This document shows, piece by piece, positions 40,260 to 54,114 of a stretch of DNA of 64,000 bases. The notes beneath the pieces were generated by a model. It was given only the letters and a program-made list of their open reading frames with translations, did no database searches and was not told where the DNA came from. Numbering within the stretch: the stretch's first letter is position 1; each line of letters begins with the position of its first letter. The stretch comes from Octopus vulgaris (Eukaryota), in assembly GCA_951406725.2 (NCBI GenBank), contig OX597814.1, positions 181,536,001 to 181,600,000 of the forward strand, read 5' to 3'. The position numbers and the translations under genes were made by a program.

Positions 40260-41780
40260 GTTTGCCTATTTTCCAATATTTGGATAACTCAAAAGGCTTT
40301 CTTTTGTTTAGAGAGATGGTTCGGTTGACCAGAACGACCACTGAAGCGACCATTGAAAAGTTAGTATTTTCTCAGCAAATTAGTCATGGTTTTACATACG
40401 AAATCATCTACAAGCTTCGCTTCTGTAAAGCCTATGCGAAATGGGAGCCAAGAGAGCTTGCCGAAGTGTATAAGCGCAGACACGTAGAGATATGTCAATG
40501 TTTATTCGATCTCTACAACCATGAAGGTAGAGCCTTTTTGGAGAGAATAGCCACAGGAGATGAGACCTGGGTCCATCATTTTGTGCTAGAATCCAAAAGG
40601 CAGAGTATAGAGTGGAAACACCCAAAATCGCCAGCGAAAATGAAATTCATGACTTGACTGCGCAGAAAAAGTTATGCTAACCGATTTATAGATGGTCGTA
40701 GTCACCGTTATAGATAGTGGTTCGCAGTGCGTGTAGTGTGACCATCTAAACGACTCATATCAGAAGGCTGAAATAATACATATGGTGTGCCAATTGGAAA
40801 AGAGAGACACAACCGTGTAGGTTTGCAGAAAATTTATTCATATATTTACGTGTATGGGTTGTATGTTGGCTGTTAAGCATGGTGAGGTGGTTCGCGAACA
40901 GCGCTATGTTAGAACCTGTGCAACATTGCTGGTGCTGTGTACGTAGAGGCGTTGTTGGTAACGTTGGTGAGGGACATGATGGTGGCGACGAAGTTGGAGG
41001 TCGCTGTGATGCTATTGGACGGGTGTTGTCTGGCGTCGTCACTGGAACTGGCTGTGTCGTGTGGTCAGTGGCTAAACCTTAGAAGGTCTAAAACCAACAG
41101 ACTTCGAGACAAGGAGAAGTTGAGTTTTTATAGATAATGGTAGGCTCAAAATTGGAGTTGAGAACAGACTGTCTCACGTGATTTATTTGGAGGCTGCGAT
41201 TGGTTGGGTTGCATATTGGTGCGCGATAGAGTAAGAGACAAATTGCGCCAATACCAACCAATCAGAGTGATAGACACAACGGAGTCCAAACAGCAACCAA
41301 AGATTAGCTGTTATCTGCTACGTTCGAATGTATGTGTATATAATAGAGAGCGGAAGTTCACTAGAGTTCGCTACAGATTTTTAGGCTGAAAAATGGCCTA
41401 TACTGGAACATTACCTGAAAATGGGGTCTGCAGTCACTAGTCTAGACTACAGTGAAATACTAGCTAACAAACTGAAACCGGCAATTTGCATCAAATGCTG
41501 AGGTCTATTGTCAAAGCAAGTGTTATTGTTACACGATAGACGCCCACACTGTTGAAACCATTGAAAAATTTGGGTTTCGAGTTGCTAGAACGGCCTGCAT
41601 ACAATCTAGACCTCACCACTTCCGACTATCTCTTTTTTGGACCGTTCAAACATCCTCTACGATGTTGTCGACTTGCTTTGGACAACGAAGCGGAGGAAAC
41701 GGTGCATAGATGGCCGCGTGATCGGCCGAAAACCATCTTCTCCGATTATATAAACAAGCTAACGGTCATTAAATTAGATT
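40260..41780 (+). mobile_element. Mariner transposase remnant interrupted by a solo LTR
   Basis: WEPREL, TGDETWV, ESKRQSIEWKHP (40262-40657) and PAYNLDLTTSDY (41552-41797). Confidence 0.8.
40687..41375 (-). mobile_element. Solo LTR (Gypsy-like)
   Basis: Termini T(A/G)TAG...CTACA and 4-bp TSD GATT (40683-40686 / 41376-41379). TATAAA and AATAAA on the minus strand. Confidence 0.65.
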
Positions 41781-42916
41781 TAAATTATCATATTTAAACT
41801 ACAGTTTGATGCAAGTTACAGGGATCCTACAAGCGTTGCGAAAGTAGGGAGTTAATTAATCTTGCCGTAAAGCGAAGTACTGTTAAGCGAAGTTAATTTT
41901 CCCACTGATTTTCATATTATAAAGTGATAATGCGTCCTGAAAGATACTTTCGAAAAAATAGCAATAAAATAAAAACCAGAAACACGACCACTTTTATGCA
42001 TAAAAGTAATTTCTAAACATACAGAGTATAATATATATAAATATAAACGCATTAAGTGAAATACGTCAGGAAATAAATATGTTTTGCAATATAGTAGGAT
42101 ATGTAGTTACCACAAAAGATGTTGACTTCTGTCTGAGGGGTGGTGGTGGAAAGAGAGTTACTGGGAGGATGAGAAGTACTATCTTCTATCTTACAGCTCA
42201 TCATCATCAACGTCTACGTGAGGGGCGGAGAACTTATCCAAATTTGTTTATGGTGTCAGCACTTTGTACAGTTCAGTGTAAGAACTGAGCTCATTGTAAA
42301 TTACTCTTGTAATTTTTAAACAATGACACGAGTCATTGTTCCAACTTAATTCTAATTAGTTGTAGAGAACTCTCATTGAAAAATTCCTCAACAAACACAC
42401 ATCTGTACACTTATATATACATGCATATTCTCTACAGAGGTGTCATGTTCTCGACAACACTAAAAGGTTCTCACAAACATCATACTTTACAGAATGTATG
42501 GGATGGGCTTTTTCACAACACCAGCACTTGAGAGGTAGCCATAACCTTGTATTATGACTAAAGGAACCTCACAATCATATGTCCACCTCTTTATTGAACA
42601 AAAAGCATGAATGATGAAGGCATTAATGACAGCAACGAGAAGGATGTGAGACGATTGATTGAATGGTAGTGTACTCAGTAGTTTGAGATAGGTACCTATA
42701 TTCAAGGTAATATGATTGAGATGGTAGGAAGTTGATAGAACCTGTGTTACTTCTCTGCAGTGACTCCACCCCCTGTGATCCAGGGGTGACTTTGAGACAA
42801 CAGAGGCCCAGGAGAAAAGAAATAAGAGTGTGCCGGCAGACAAAGGGACATGGTGGGTGACAAGCAATACAGGAAAGGAAAGTGAAGATAGAATTAATCA
42901 GGCACAATATATAGAA

Positions 42917-43231
42917 AGAGTCTGTTCATAAAATATTTAGTTGTGTCATCTAATGCTTTTATGCATCTTTTATTCGCAATGAAAAATACCAGTTATATTA
43001 AAAAACTTTTTTAACCAACTGCATTATCAAATCTTCAGAAATTACATAACTCTTATTTGCAATCTTTATGTCTAGAATGAATACTAAAGGTTACTAAGAG
43101 AATTATGTATTCTCTGAAGAGTTTACAATACAATCAACTGATAAAACTTTTCCTTATATAACTGGTATTTCTCATTGATAATGAAACATGCATAAGATGA
43201 CATAACTAAATATTTATGGATAAACTATTCT
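42917..43231. repeat. Decayed fold-back element
   Basis: Arms at about 42917-43055 and 43095-43231 are imperfect reverse complements. CTGAAGA is present in both arms. Confidence 0.65.
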
Positions 43232-43372
43232 GTTTTGTTTTACTTTTGTTGCACAAAACAAATTTTTATTCAGCCTACTGTCTAATAGCGATATCAGTGA
43301 TCTTTCAATCACTGTTTTACTATATCAGTAACAGCCAATTTTGTTTTAGCATCGGTTTGCCAGTGGATACTG

Positions 43373-43413
43373 GCTACTGATGAAGCCTAAAGAAGCAGAC
43401 ATGTGCATTTAGC
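43373..43413 (+). ncRNA. Decayed hammerhead remnant
   Basis: gcta-CTGATGA-agcctaaagaagca-GACAT-gtgc-ATT-tagc. Stem I is intact, while the GAAAC and GTH core positions are mutated, partly by CpG-type changes. Confidence 0.4.
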
Positions 43414-43549
43414 AATGCCACCAACTTTTCTGGACGATTTCCATCTGCTACTGGTATAATTCTGTTTTTTTAACACCATACTTCAATAAGAGAAGGATTG
43501 CTAGGAATCCATCAAGGCCAGAATCTGAGTTTGCATCTACCTTATCTAT

Positions 43550-44300
43550 GGCCACTATTACATCTTCTTTGATGTTGATTCCTTCCTTTTTATATCTGTA
43601 TGGTTAAGAATTCTACAGGTTTGCTGATTTGCATGTGCCATAAGGGTTGGGGTGAAAACACTTAAGAAGTTTTCATTTAATGTTTCACTTATCCTCACTG
43701 GATTTCCCATGATAGAACCACCTCTTTGCAGGAGTGGAACTACCCTGCAACACACAGAGATAGTTTCTTTGGCATACTTAAAGAATGCTTTAGGCTTGAT
43801 TTTATATTTACTGTAACCCAAGTTTCTTTGTCTGCTCTCTCTTTTCATGAGAACATTTCAGATTTTTCTCAATCTCCAGCAGTGTTGTTTGCAAGCAGGA
43901 TTTTTCACTACTAATGGGTTCTCTGCTTAGGAAGATTGTAGTCTTTGTATGCCATCTCATAAGAACTTTCCTCTTCCTGGAAATTTTTTCTTGTGGTGGC
44001 TTTTCTTTCTGGGACAAACTTATAGTATATGGCTTGCATTATAGCCATGAATTCTTTGAGGTTCATGTTGATGTCAGGTGTAGAGAGACATTGGGGCCAA
44101 TTTTGTTTGATGATCTCTTTTTCTACTGACTTCCAGTCTGTTTTATGGAAGTTCAGATTGCATAGATTTAGGGTGCTTCTCATAAGCTACATGTCTGCTG
44201 ACTCCTTTGGTCCATACATAATCAGCTCAATTATATTGTGATCTGAAATTAGTGTCGGTGTCACTTTCTCATTATGGATGAGATCCATATTGTTTGTGCT
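43550..44300 (-). mobile_element. CR1/L2-group LINE remnant (endonuclease end plus linker)
   Basis: SDHNIIEL, NFHKTDWK and PKAFFKYAK...ETLNENFLSVFT. Confidence 0.65.
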
Positions 44301-45353
44301 CATACTAGTATCTAACTATTGTGTCTCTTCATATTTCATTCCCCTTATACACCTTGCAGGAGAGTCATAGAATTCTTACAGAATGATTTACTATTTATGT
44401 TGTACTAATAACTTCTTGAAAGGACAAAAATCTGAAAGCTAGCTACCTGTAGGACTTGAACAACACATTTTCTATAATCATGACAGACATGAAAAAGTCT
44501 GTTTCTAAATGGAAATATGAAGCAGCTGACTTTCCCTGTTCGTTGGTTATAATGGAGACAGGTTCATGTGTCAAAAAGCTAGCTAGAGGCAATGGCTTCT
44601 TGGAGCTATTCAACAACAGCTTTCATCCTATATTTATGGACTGCCATATTAGCTTGGCTATAACTATTAATTTATTTTCTCATTTTTAAGATTAAAACAT
44701 CTAACTTGATGGAAAAGATACTGAAAGTTATTTTGGTGCAATTAGTAGCACACCTGTCAAGCTTACATGTATGTTCAAGTCAATGCATGATTTGGGTAGC
44801 TTTCAGCCTCTTTTCCATTATGGAGTTTTTAACTCAATATGTTATGAGCTATTATTTATAACTGTATTGCTTCAAAATACACCATTAAATGACTTATTGA
44901 CTATATTAATTTAAACTTGATATTTGTGCTATAGTTTCGCTAAAGTAAAAGTAGAGACAGTGCACAATAAAATGTTTCTCATCTGTTTAAGAATTTCAAT
45001 TCGATGTAATATAATAGGATTTTATATCTTTAATATATTACAGATAATCTTATTCATTCAACCAATTTAATTTATATGAAAAATAATTATTAAACTCAAT
45101 TATTGCATATCAAGTTAATGCATCAAATCAGAATAATTAAATGGCAAATCTCTTAATTAACATCTAACAAAAATGAAATAAATCTACCCATTTAGCATTG
45201 CCATTCAATTTGATAATTGCAACTTATTTAATTTAAAATCTGTTGGAGTTTAAAGGTATTCTGAGTATTGAATCAACCTTAAAAATGTAGTCATTCGTAA
45301 TGTACAGTAGAGTATAGCACAGTAATAATAAAGCCTATGAATAATTACTGGAG

Positions 45354-45620
45354 TGTCCACTTAACTGTAACTGCAGTGGACTGTTGTTCTGTTCAGGGGT
45401 AATGTTGGTTTGCATGTCTAACCAGAAGTGGGGTGGGGACGGGCAACATTTGAGAGCTAAAACAATACAAGGAAGTGTAGTAATTATTAGATTGTCCACT
45501 TAACTGTAACTGCAGTGGACTGTTGTTCTGTTCAGGTGTAATGTTGGCCTGCATGTCTAACTAGAAGTGGAATGGGGACGGGCATCATTTGAGAGCTAAA
45601 ACAATACAAAGAAGTGTAGT
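45354..45620. repeat. Tandem duplication of about 140 bp
   Basis: GTCCACTTAACTGTAACTGCAGTGGACTG...GAAGTGTAG occurs twice. Confidence 0.85.
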
Positions 45621-46029
45621 GCAACCAGTGATGTGTCACAACATCTGATAGTCTGGTTGAAGCAGTGAATATGAACTCACACAAACACAAATTGACTGAT
45701 TACTATGTTATCTTCACCGCATCCTCACCACATCAGTTTTATAAGATTGTAAGACTGTATTGAGTGAGCATCCCAAACCGTCAGACCTCAGTCAAATCGT
45801 CCAACTCATGCTAGCATGGAAAGCGGACGTTAAATGATGATGGTGATGATGGTGATGATGGTGATGATGATGATGATGATGGTGATGGTGGTGATGGTGA
45901 TGGTGATGATGGTGTTGATGGTGATGATGATGGTGGTGATGGTGGTGATGGTGGTGGTGGTGGTGGTGGTGATGATGGTGGTGGTGATGGTGATTATGAT
46001 AATGATGATGATGTACTAAATAGCAGAAA

Positions 46030-46580
46030 GACTGAAGATTATGGAAGCGTCTTTGAGAATGGGTTCTGTTAAGCAAACGCATGAAATTCTTGAAGTCAAG
46101 TTTCCAGATAAAGGCTTACCAGCAAAGAGAACAATACAAATGTTGGTTAAAAAGTGGCACATTATAGGGTTAGTGTACACCACCCCAGAGCAAAGGGACC
46201 TTACAGTTCAAATGCCAGAAGTTGTCCAGGTCATTCACCAAAGAATTACTCAAAGACTAAAGAAGTCAACATGTAAATTGGCACAGGCGTCTCACATAAG
46301 CTGGCGGTCATGCCAGTGGGTGTTGAAAAGTCTAAAACAATGCACACATAGTAGAGGAACTGAAAGAATACCACACATGCAGTCTCTGCCATTAATACCA
46401 TTATTTTACACCAGATGTACCTAAACATGGTTAGACCTGCACAGCTGTGTATCGATACTGCAGGGAACCAGTTTCAAAATCTTCAATAATAGTGAGTCCT
46501 TTCCTGCACTTGTAAATTTACTTCTGTTTATACACTTTGCTATGGAAGCTGGGCTGCTTTTTTGTGTGCCACCCTGTATA
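46030..46580 (+). mobile_element. Internally deleted Tc1/mariner-type element
   Basis: HTH-like KFPDKGLPAKRTIQMLVKKW. Terminal TTTTTGTGTGCCACCCTGTA. Confidence 0.5.
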
Positions 46581-47144
46581 TTTCCCACACCCTGGGAAAT
46601 CCTTTTTCATCCCATTTATATTCACATCATCATACCTTGAGAGTATGCCATGGCACATTTCCACGATCTCACTCTCTCCCCCTCTCTCTCCCTCTCTCTC
46701 TCTCCATCTCACTCATTCTCTCTCTCTCTCTCTGACTGAGGTAACCATGTAACACTTGTTTCTGTCCCTTTGTCATTCTCAAACCTCACATCACCTGGTA
46801 CACCACCCTCCTCTCAAAGGATCTTTGTCTTGCAAGTTACTTGATGATCTTTCCCAGTACTGGTTCCACATAAAAAAAGCATCCAGTCCACTCTGTAAAA
46901 TGGTTGGCATTTGGAAGGACATCCAGCTGTAAAATCCATGCGAAAACAGAGAATAGAGCTTGGTGCAGCCCTCTGGTTTGCCAGCTTTTGTCAGCATCAA
47001 AATGAGACATGATGATGATGATGCCAACATCAAAGATGGATATTAAATCATGATGATGATGATGTTGATGATGATACATAAATATTTATTTATATACATA
47101 TACATATACATACATACATATATATATGTATGTATGTATGTCTG

Positions 47145-47201
<57 letters not shown>

Positions 47202-47205
<4 letters not shown>

Positions 47206-47641
47206 GTTGTCCGGAAAGTTTGTGCCGATTTTTAAAGGAAAGAAAAAGGTCAATAAATACTTGCCATTACATTTTTAATCAACCAAGTATGAACCATTTT
47301 GTTGCACAATGCGTCTCCATCTTTCCTTTAACTTGAAAATACCCTCTTCCCAGAATTGAGGTGGTTTCATGGCAAACAATTCATCAAGATATCATTTTAT
47401 GTCATCCAAGGAATTGAAATTTTTACCATTAAGACCTGAGACCTGAATAAGTGAACATCTGAAGGAGCAATATCTGATGAATATGGAAGGTGGGGTAACA
47501 CATCCCAGAGCTGCAGCAATTTTTGTCTGGTTCCCAAAGCATCAAGTGCCGAAAATGAACTTTCTTATCTTCCATTTTAAAGGATTACAGAGTCAAAAGG
47601 TAAGCTACTATAAATCGGCACGATCTTTCCAGACAACCCAA
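47202..47641 (-). mobile_element. Mariner MITE inserted in (TA)n
   Basis: TIR TTGGGTTGTCCGGAAAGTTTGTGCCGATTT / AAATCGGCACGATCTTTCCAGACAACCCAA. Internal PYSSDIAPSD and ERWRRIV remnants. Confidence 0.85.
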
Positions 47642-49215
47642 TATATATATATATATATATATATAACGGAAAGCTTTATGAAAATAAACAAAAGACGAAG
47701 GCAGGTGGAATACAAACAAACAATTATATATACATACATACACACAAATGCACACACATACATATTTATATACTTTCTTACATGTTTGTGTGTGTGTATG
47801 TGTGTGTGTGTGTGTGCATATGCATATATAAGTATATATATTTATGTACATATTTTTTTTATTCCCTTTTATAAAGTCGTCATGTAAGCTACTTTAAGCT
47901 CATAATGAGACATTTCAGAATTAGCATAGCTCCAATATTTTTTAATAAAGCACAGCTGCCCAACAAAACTGTTTGAACAATAGATTATTAAATTGTTGTT
48001 GCTGTTGTTGGTATTGTTTCTACTGATTCTGCTGCTGTTGTTGTTGTATGCTTTGTGGGTATAAAACCAGAATATAGTTGTTATTAAGTTGGACGAAATA
48101 AAAAGCATCAAAATAGAAATATTGAATAAGATACAATATCAAATCTTGCTATGTTAGTTTCATTCAAGAAGGCTATCTATCTACCCATTCAGTCAGACAA
48201 CTTCCCTATACCAATGCAACTCTTCCACACCAGATGCCCTGAACTTCCATAGCAGTTTTCATATCCTCACCCTAATATCCAGTGTCTTTCATAAGTTGAT
48301 CAATATATGCTCTTCTCAGTCAGCTGATAATTGTATGTCCATGAGTGAGTTTCCAGAGAAGGAGATCACTGGATATTTCATCCTTGTTTCTCTAGCAGTC
48401 TCCAGCATAATGTCTTCTTCTTTCTCTGATTACGGAGGTCATGGTAGGAAGAGTGCCATACAGTTGCTGCTTTGTTGGGTGTTGCTACCAAGAAAGATTG
48501 AGAACTGCACAAAGTATTCCCATGTATGTACTGTCAAGCTTCTTTCCAAAGCTCTTGTTCAGTATTGCTGCAGAGGAACTATAGAGAAACTGCTGCAACA
48601 ACTAAGCTAAAAGAAAAATACCTCAGGAAGCTCACTCAGATCAAAAAGCAGAAACCAAACTAAAGCAAATATAGCAAATTTAGTAAATTACTAACCTAAT
48701 ATCTTTTGAACTAAATGGTAATAGGCTTTTGCATCAGCACTCATAATTTATTTGTTTTTATCCCTGAATCACAACAGAGTGGTAGGAGAAAGCTGTTTTC
48801 AAAACTGAAAATTAGCCAAAATATTTACAACAGAATAGACTCCATTAAAGGCACCCAAAGGATAAAAAGATAGTGGTGTTAAACTGGGTGACAGATTAAT
48901 CTGCTATCCATGCAAACTACAGTAGGTTTTGAAATCAAAATGAAAATGTAAAGAGCCAGGACATTTACTACAAAGTATCCCATCAGAAACACTAACAATA
49001 CTGCATATCTGCCAATTTAGACAGTAGTTTATTCATTGACGTGGAGGGATGAAAGGTAAAGATGAGTCTGATTAGATTTGATCTTAGAATACTGGTATTT
49101 ATACTATAAAATAAGAAGGGAGAAGGTTCAAAATGAATAATAGTAAGATCTTAACTAAGAAATGTGAACCTACAGGATAAATCCTTTCAGACATAGTTCA
49201 TTTTCTTGTCACTTG

Positions 49216-49251
<36 letters not shown>

Positions 49252-49447
49252 TTGCATTATGGAACTGTCATTTTAATGAGATTTTTTTATTTATTTATCA
49301 CCCAACGAGATACATCCGCACCGCCGGATGCTCCTGTACCAGTTTTTTGTGTGTCCCACAAGAGGAGTCGATGCTGGGTGTGTTGAAACAATTGTTGGGA
49401 TTAATAATATATTCTCATATATTCCATCTTCTGTCTTTTATTTGTTT

Positions 49448-49497
<50 letters not shown>

Positions 49498-50053
49498 TAT
49501 ATAGAAAATATTATTAAAATTAATATTAATATCCTTGAAAATATATGTTAACACACAATCAAGGCTAGCCAAAATTAGAGAAATTCAAACTGAACAAAAA
49601 GAATGTTTAAAGCTGGTTCAACCGAAGACATTGCTTCATTTAACTATCTAAGTTTCTATCAGCCATAACATAGAATTCTTATCTTTATTTTTTTATTCTT
49701 TAGTTATCCAGTGACGTCACCAGTAGTTGTATACAAAAATAGCCTTTTTTAGATTATACTTCTATACAGATTTCTAATTGTCATAATGTAGAATTCTTAT
49801 CTTTATTCTTTTATTATTTCATTATCCACTGTCATTATACAAAAATAACCTTTCTGAAATATGTTTATTTTTTATTTTCATAAAATATTCTTGTTATCCA
49901 GTGGTGTCACCATCAGTTGGATGAAGAAATGTCTTAGGTTGTATCAGGTTTGAGTGTTCTTTTTTGTTCAATTCGAATTTCACTAGTTTTGGATAGCCTT
50001 GATAACATTTTGTTAACATATATTTCTGAGGATATTAATATAATTTTAATGAT

Positions 50054-50096
<43 letters not shown>

Positions 50097-50154
50097 TTAA
50101 AGGCACCAGAATTTAGTATGGTATCATCCATATAATTCAAAATGGGGTGATTAC

Positions 50155-50268
50155 AAACAAAATAAGCCACAAGGATATCCAGAGGTAATGCAGTACGGTT
50201 GTTTCATGCGAGTCGCATGAAACGATCATACTGCATTACCTCTGGATATCCTTGTTGCTTATTTTGAT
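50155..50268. repeat. Near-perfect palindrome from the same family as 35960-36380
   Basis: AAAATAAGCCACAAGGATATCCAGAGGTAATGCAGTA...TACTGCATTACCTCTGGATATCCTTGTTGCTTATTTT. Carries only the GAAAC-gatc half of the hammerhead. Confidence 0.85.
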
Positions 50269-50300
50269 TATATATATATATATATATATATAGTATATAG

Positions 50301-50932
50301 TATATGATCCATATTGAATTAAGAGAAGAAAATGGGGAGTCAGTGGTTAATAATTATTTATTAAGAAATTGATAATCATTTCTTCCTACAGCTTTTTTCA
50401 TTTATACCCATTGAATAAATTACAAATTTGTGCATTAAATTTGCATTTATAAATTAGCAAAATATCGTCAGAAAAAGTTAGACATTTAAAAAATTCCAGC
50501 AGACCCAAAATATTCTATTCTACCTTATTTATTTTTATCCTATTATTTTATTCTTATTTTATTTTTTAGTTTTTTAGTTTTATTTTACTTCTTATTTTAT
50601 TTTATCTTATTCTTTATTTTATTTTTTCTATTATATTCAAATTAATCCGTTAACTCTCACACAATACAAAAATAAAAAAATAAAACAATTCCATCAATTT
50701 AGTCTGCTGGAATTAACAGATAGGTCAACATGTAATTTTTTAAGTATCTAACTTTTCCCTGATGATGTTTTGCTCATAACTTATAAATGCATATTTAATG
50801 CACAAATTTGTAATTTATTCAATGAGTATAAATGGAAACAGCTGTAGGAAGTAATGATTATCAATTAATTAATAAATGATTATTAACCACTAACTCTCCA
50901 TTTTCTTCTCTTAATTTAATATGGATTATATA
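50301..50932. repeat. Fold-back element with hammerhead-bearing arms of about 200 bp
   Basis: Arms at about 50301-50503 and 50702-50932 are reverse complements, with an AT-rich spacer. Confidence 0.85.
50755..50850 (+). ncRNA. Type I hammerhead ribozyme motif with extended stem II
   Basis: ttcc-CTGATGA-tgttttgctcat...atgagtataaatg-GAAAC-agct-GTA-ggaa. Palindromic AGCT loop. A degenerate antisense copy lies at about 50381-50475. Confidence 0.72.
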
Positions 50933-53485
50933 CTTAATATATACCTATTGATTTAGGGAAATTTTATTTCCCAAAGATATAAGGTATAGAACCAGTGTTT
51001 TCTTGGGTGTAATCATCCTTTTAAGAGGTTAATATATCCTCTAATTGACTTACATGTGTGTGTGTGTCTGTCTGTCTGTCTGTGCATGTGTGTATATATA
51101 TGTGTGTATGTATGTATGTATGTATGTATGTATGTATGTATGTATGTATGTATGTGTGTGTGTGTATGTGTATGTATGTATGTATGTATATATGTATGTA
51201 TGTATGTATGTATGCACACACACACACACACACAATATACATAAGTGTCTCAAAAAATGAATACATGATTGTTAAGTCGATATTTATTAAAATACATTTC
51301 ATTTTCAAAATTTAATAGAATCCACAAGCAGAATTTAATTTTTTTTTTTTTTATGACCACTTCTTTTCAAACTGATGACTTTTCAGGCCCATGAACAACT
51401 GATAATACAAACCAAAAGAATCACAAACATCAAGAAACATTTTTTCGGTGTTTGTGTTCATTCTCATTCAATGTCTATCCTCAAGTAGTCAGCTGTTGCT
51501 GGTTTTGTACCATGAACATTATCTTTTAAGTATTCTCATTAAAAATGCCTACTGGTGTACAGTCTGGTGAGTGCAGAGAGCATTGTATAAAACCTCTTTG
51601 CTCAATCCACAATTTTTGCAAAGTCTCATCAAGGTAGGCCCTTACACTACAGTGGGGGTGGGTGGGGGTGCCCCATTGTTCTGGAAATAAAACTTCACAT
51701 CTTCAAAGTCCTCTTGAAAGTTTGGTCAGACAGATTGTTACCGCAAGTTTAACCCTTTAGCATTCAGATTATTTCATCAAATGTAATGCTTATCTATTCA
51801 TATTGACAGTGGCATGTAAAAAAGCACCCAGCACTTTCTGTGAAGTGGTTGGCATTAGGAAGGGCATCCAGCTGTAGAAACCATGCCACAATAGACAGTT
51901 GGAGTCCAGAAAGCTCCTTGCTAGTCAGCTCCATGTCAAACCATCCAACCCATACCAGAATGGAGAACAAACATTAAATGATGATGATGATGATTGCTTT
52001 AAATTAATCATGAATTGTCTTGTTGCATCAACAATTTGATATGATTGTTTATTCTTAGAATGACATTGTAGAGTAGGTATGATATTATTATTTATTTTTT
52101 GTGGTGTATTTCTTTTATTAAGTGATGGTTTCCTTTCATTTATTAGTGTGTATTCGTGTTACTATTGTAAAGAAATGTCATATGAATATACTGAAATAAT
52201 TTTTATCTCTAAACTATTCAGCATGCCATTGCATTTGTCTTTAGCATGCTGATAAGTACCAACATAGCATATCAGTATATTCTTGCCAATCTTCCTTCAT
52301 TTATTCACCTAAACTCCTTGCAGCTTCTCCTATATTTACTGTGATCAAGTTCATTCATTCACCCTTCATACATTTTAATCGGTACACTATATTCCTTATT
52401 TCACAGTTAGTCCTTGAGTTTGTATTTCATACAATTTCTATTGGTACATATCAAAGGAGTAAGTTCTTCTCACCAGTGATCTAATGGATTTACCCCGACA
52501 TCTCTACTACTTTAATTCTAAGTTCAGTGTACTCAGAGCTTTTGTAAACCTACAGGCTAATTATCCTGTCAGTGTAGCATTAATAAATAACACCCCTTGA
52601 CACTTGTCACAATTGTACTATGTGTTTATCTTATCTTCTTACTAATCTTTTGTAGGCTGTTCCATAGTTTGCTTAGGTTGGGTTCTATTAGTATCATTTC
52701 TTATATCCTCAATTCTTTTCTATGCTTCCTTGTACACCCTGATTCTATTTTTTTGATTGAAACATGAGAACTGCATGCAATGCATGAAGTCCAGTGCATG
52801 TTTCTCTATTCCACAAAATTTGCACATGGAGTCAATGGAAACATGTTATTCATTATCCTAACTGAGTCTGCTATCAGTATATTTATCTCAATGTTATGGG
52901 ATATAGCTGAACTCCCATGGATTACATGCTTAGTTTGGGTTTGGCATAATTTGAATGAAGGAATTGTATTTTGTTATCTATAATTCAGTATCAAAGATGG
53001 AGAATAAATTATTTGAGTGCATATTTGGTGGACAGAGTTAGCTATACATTGAATGATCTCCGGGGTACTCTTTTCAAGTTTGAATGAATAGTTTTTTGGA
53101 GTTGCTGTAACTATAAGGTTTTAATTAATACTATACAAACTTAAAATCAAAACTGCTTTAAATCAGTATACCAAAGCAATTTTAATGTAAATATGTGCTA
53201 TGATATCTTGGTAAAATAATGGGCTTAAACAAAACCTGACATTGGTTAATGAGTCAAAAACTACATTTCTGCTGTTTCCGCAAGAACTTGGAATATATAA
53301 CTGAGATTCCCTCCATAATGTAACTGAATTGTAAAAATACATATAGGCTCACTTACTGGTTGGCTTCATTAGTTATGTAGTGAATACATGTAACATAACA
53401 TGCTAAGCCATTGTTGGACTGTGTTCGACAATGGCTCAGCCGGGCAAAACTTTGAAGTCACTGTCGATAATATTCTTGTTTAAGG

Positions 53486-53536
<51 letters not shown>

Positions 53537-53955
53537 CAACTGGCTTCTCTCAGTTTCTGTCAACCAAATTCACTCACAATGCTTTGGTCAGCTCAGGGCT
53601 ATAGGAGAAGACACTTGCTCAAGAATCCACACAGGGGGACTGAACCCAGAACCACTTGGTTGAGAAGCAATTCCTGCGCTTATTATTTTACTAAAGTATA
53701 ACTATATTGGTAATACTTAGCAAATAAGCTGAACAACATCCTTATTTTTATAACAGAAAAAAATGAAAATTGATGGACCTGAATCTGCAGTCCCAGTGAA
53801 CAAAAGTTACAGTGTAACTACTTTACTGAGCTGTGGACTCTAATAACTTTCCAACAACCTTCTAGTTTTCTAAATAACTGTAGAATTTCCACACATACTT
53901 CTACACATGTTTATAAATTCACAGCCTTTCCATGTTTCCTTTATTATCTTCACAG

Positions 53956-54114
53956 GTTGGTTTTTCTCTCATAATATGGGCCGTATGTGGTGTTTTGTCA
54001 ATGGTTGGAGCAATATGTTATGCAGAACTTGGAACAACGATAACAAAATCTGGAGGAGATTACTCTTATATCCTAGAGGCATTTGGTCCACTGCTAGCCT
54101 TTCTGCAACTATGG
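53956..54114 (+). CDS. SLC7 transporter coding exon 2
   Basis: Acceptor ...cttcacag. Encodes [53 protein letters not shown] (YAELG, KSGGDY motifs). GTAAGT donor at 54115, phase 0/0. Confidence 0.95.

Larger units (their letters stand above)
21553..53955 (+). other. 32.4-kb first coding intron of the SLC7 gene, filled with nested transposable elements
   Basis: GT...AG boundaries join GAGS|VG in phase 0. Confidence 0.85.

Noticed and set aside
45792-46082. Poly-His ORF
   Set aside because: Expanded (GAT/GGT)n tail of a family-C element.
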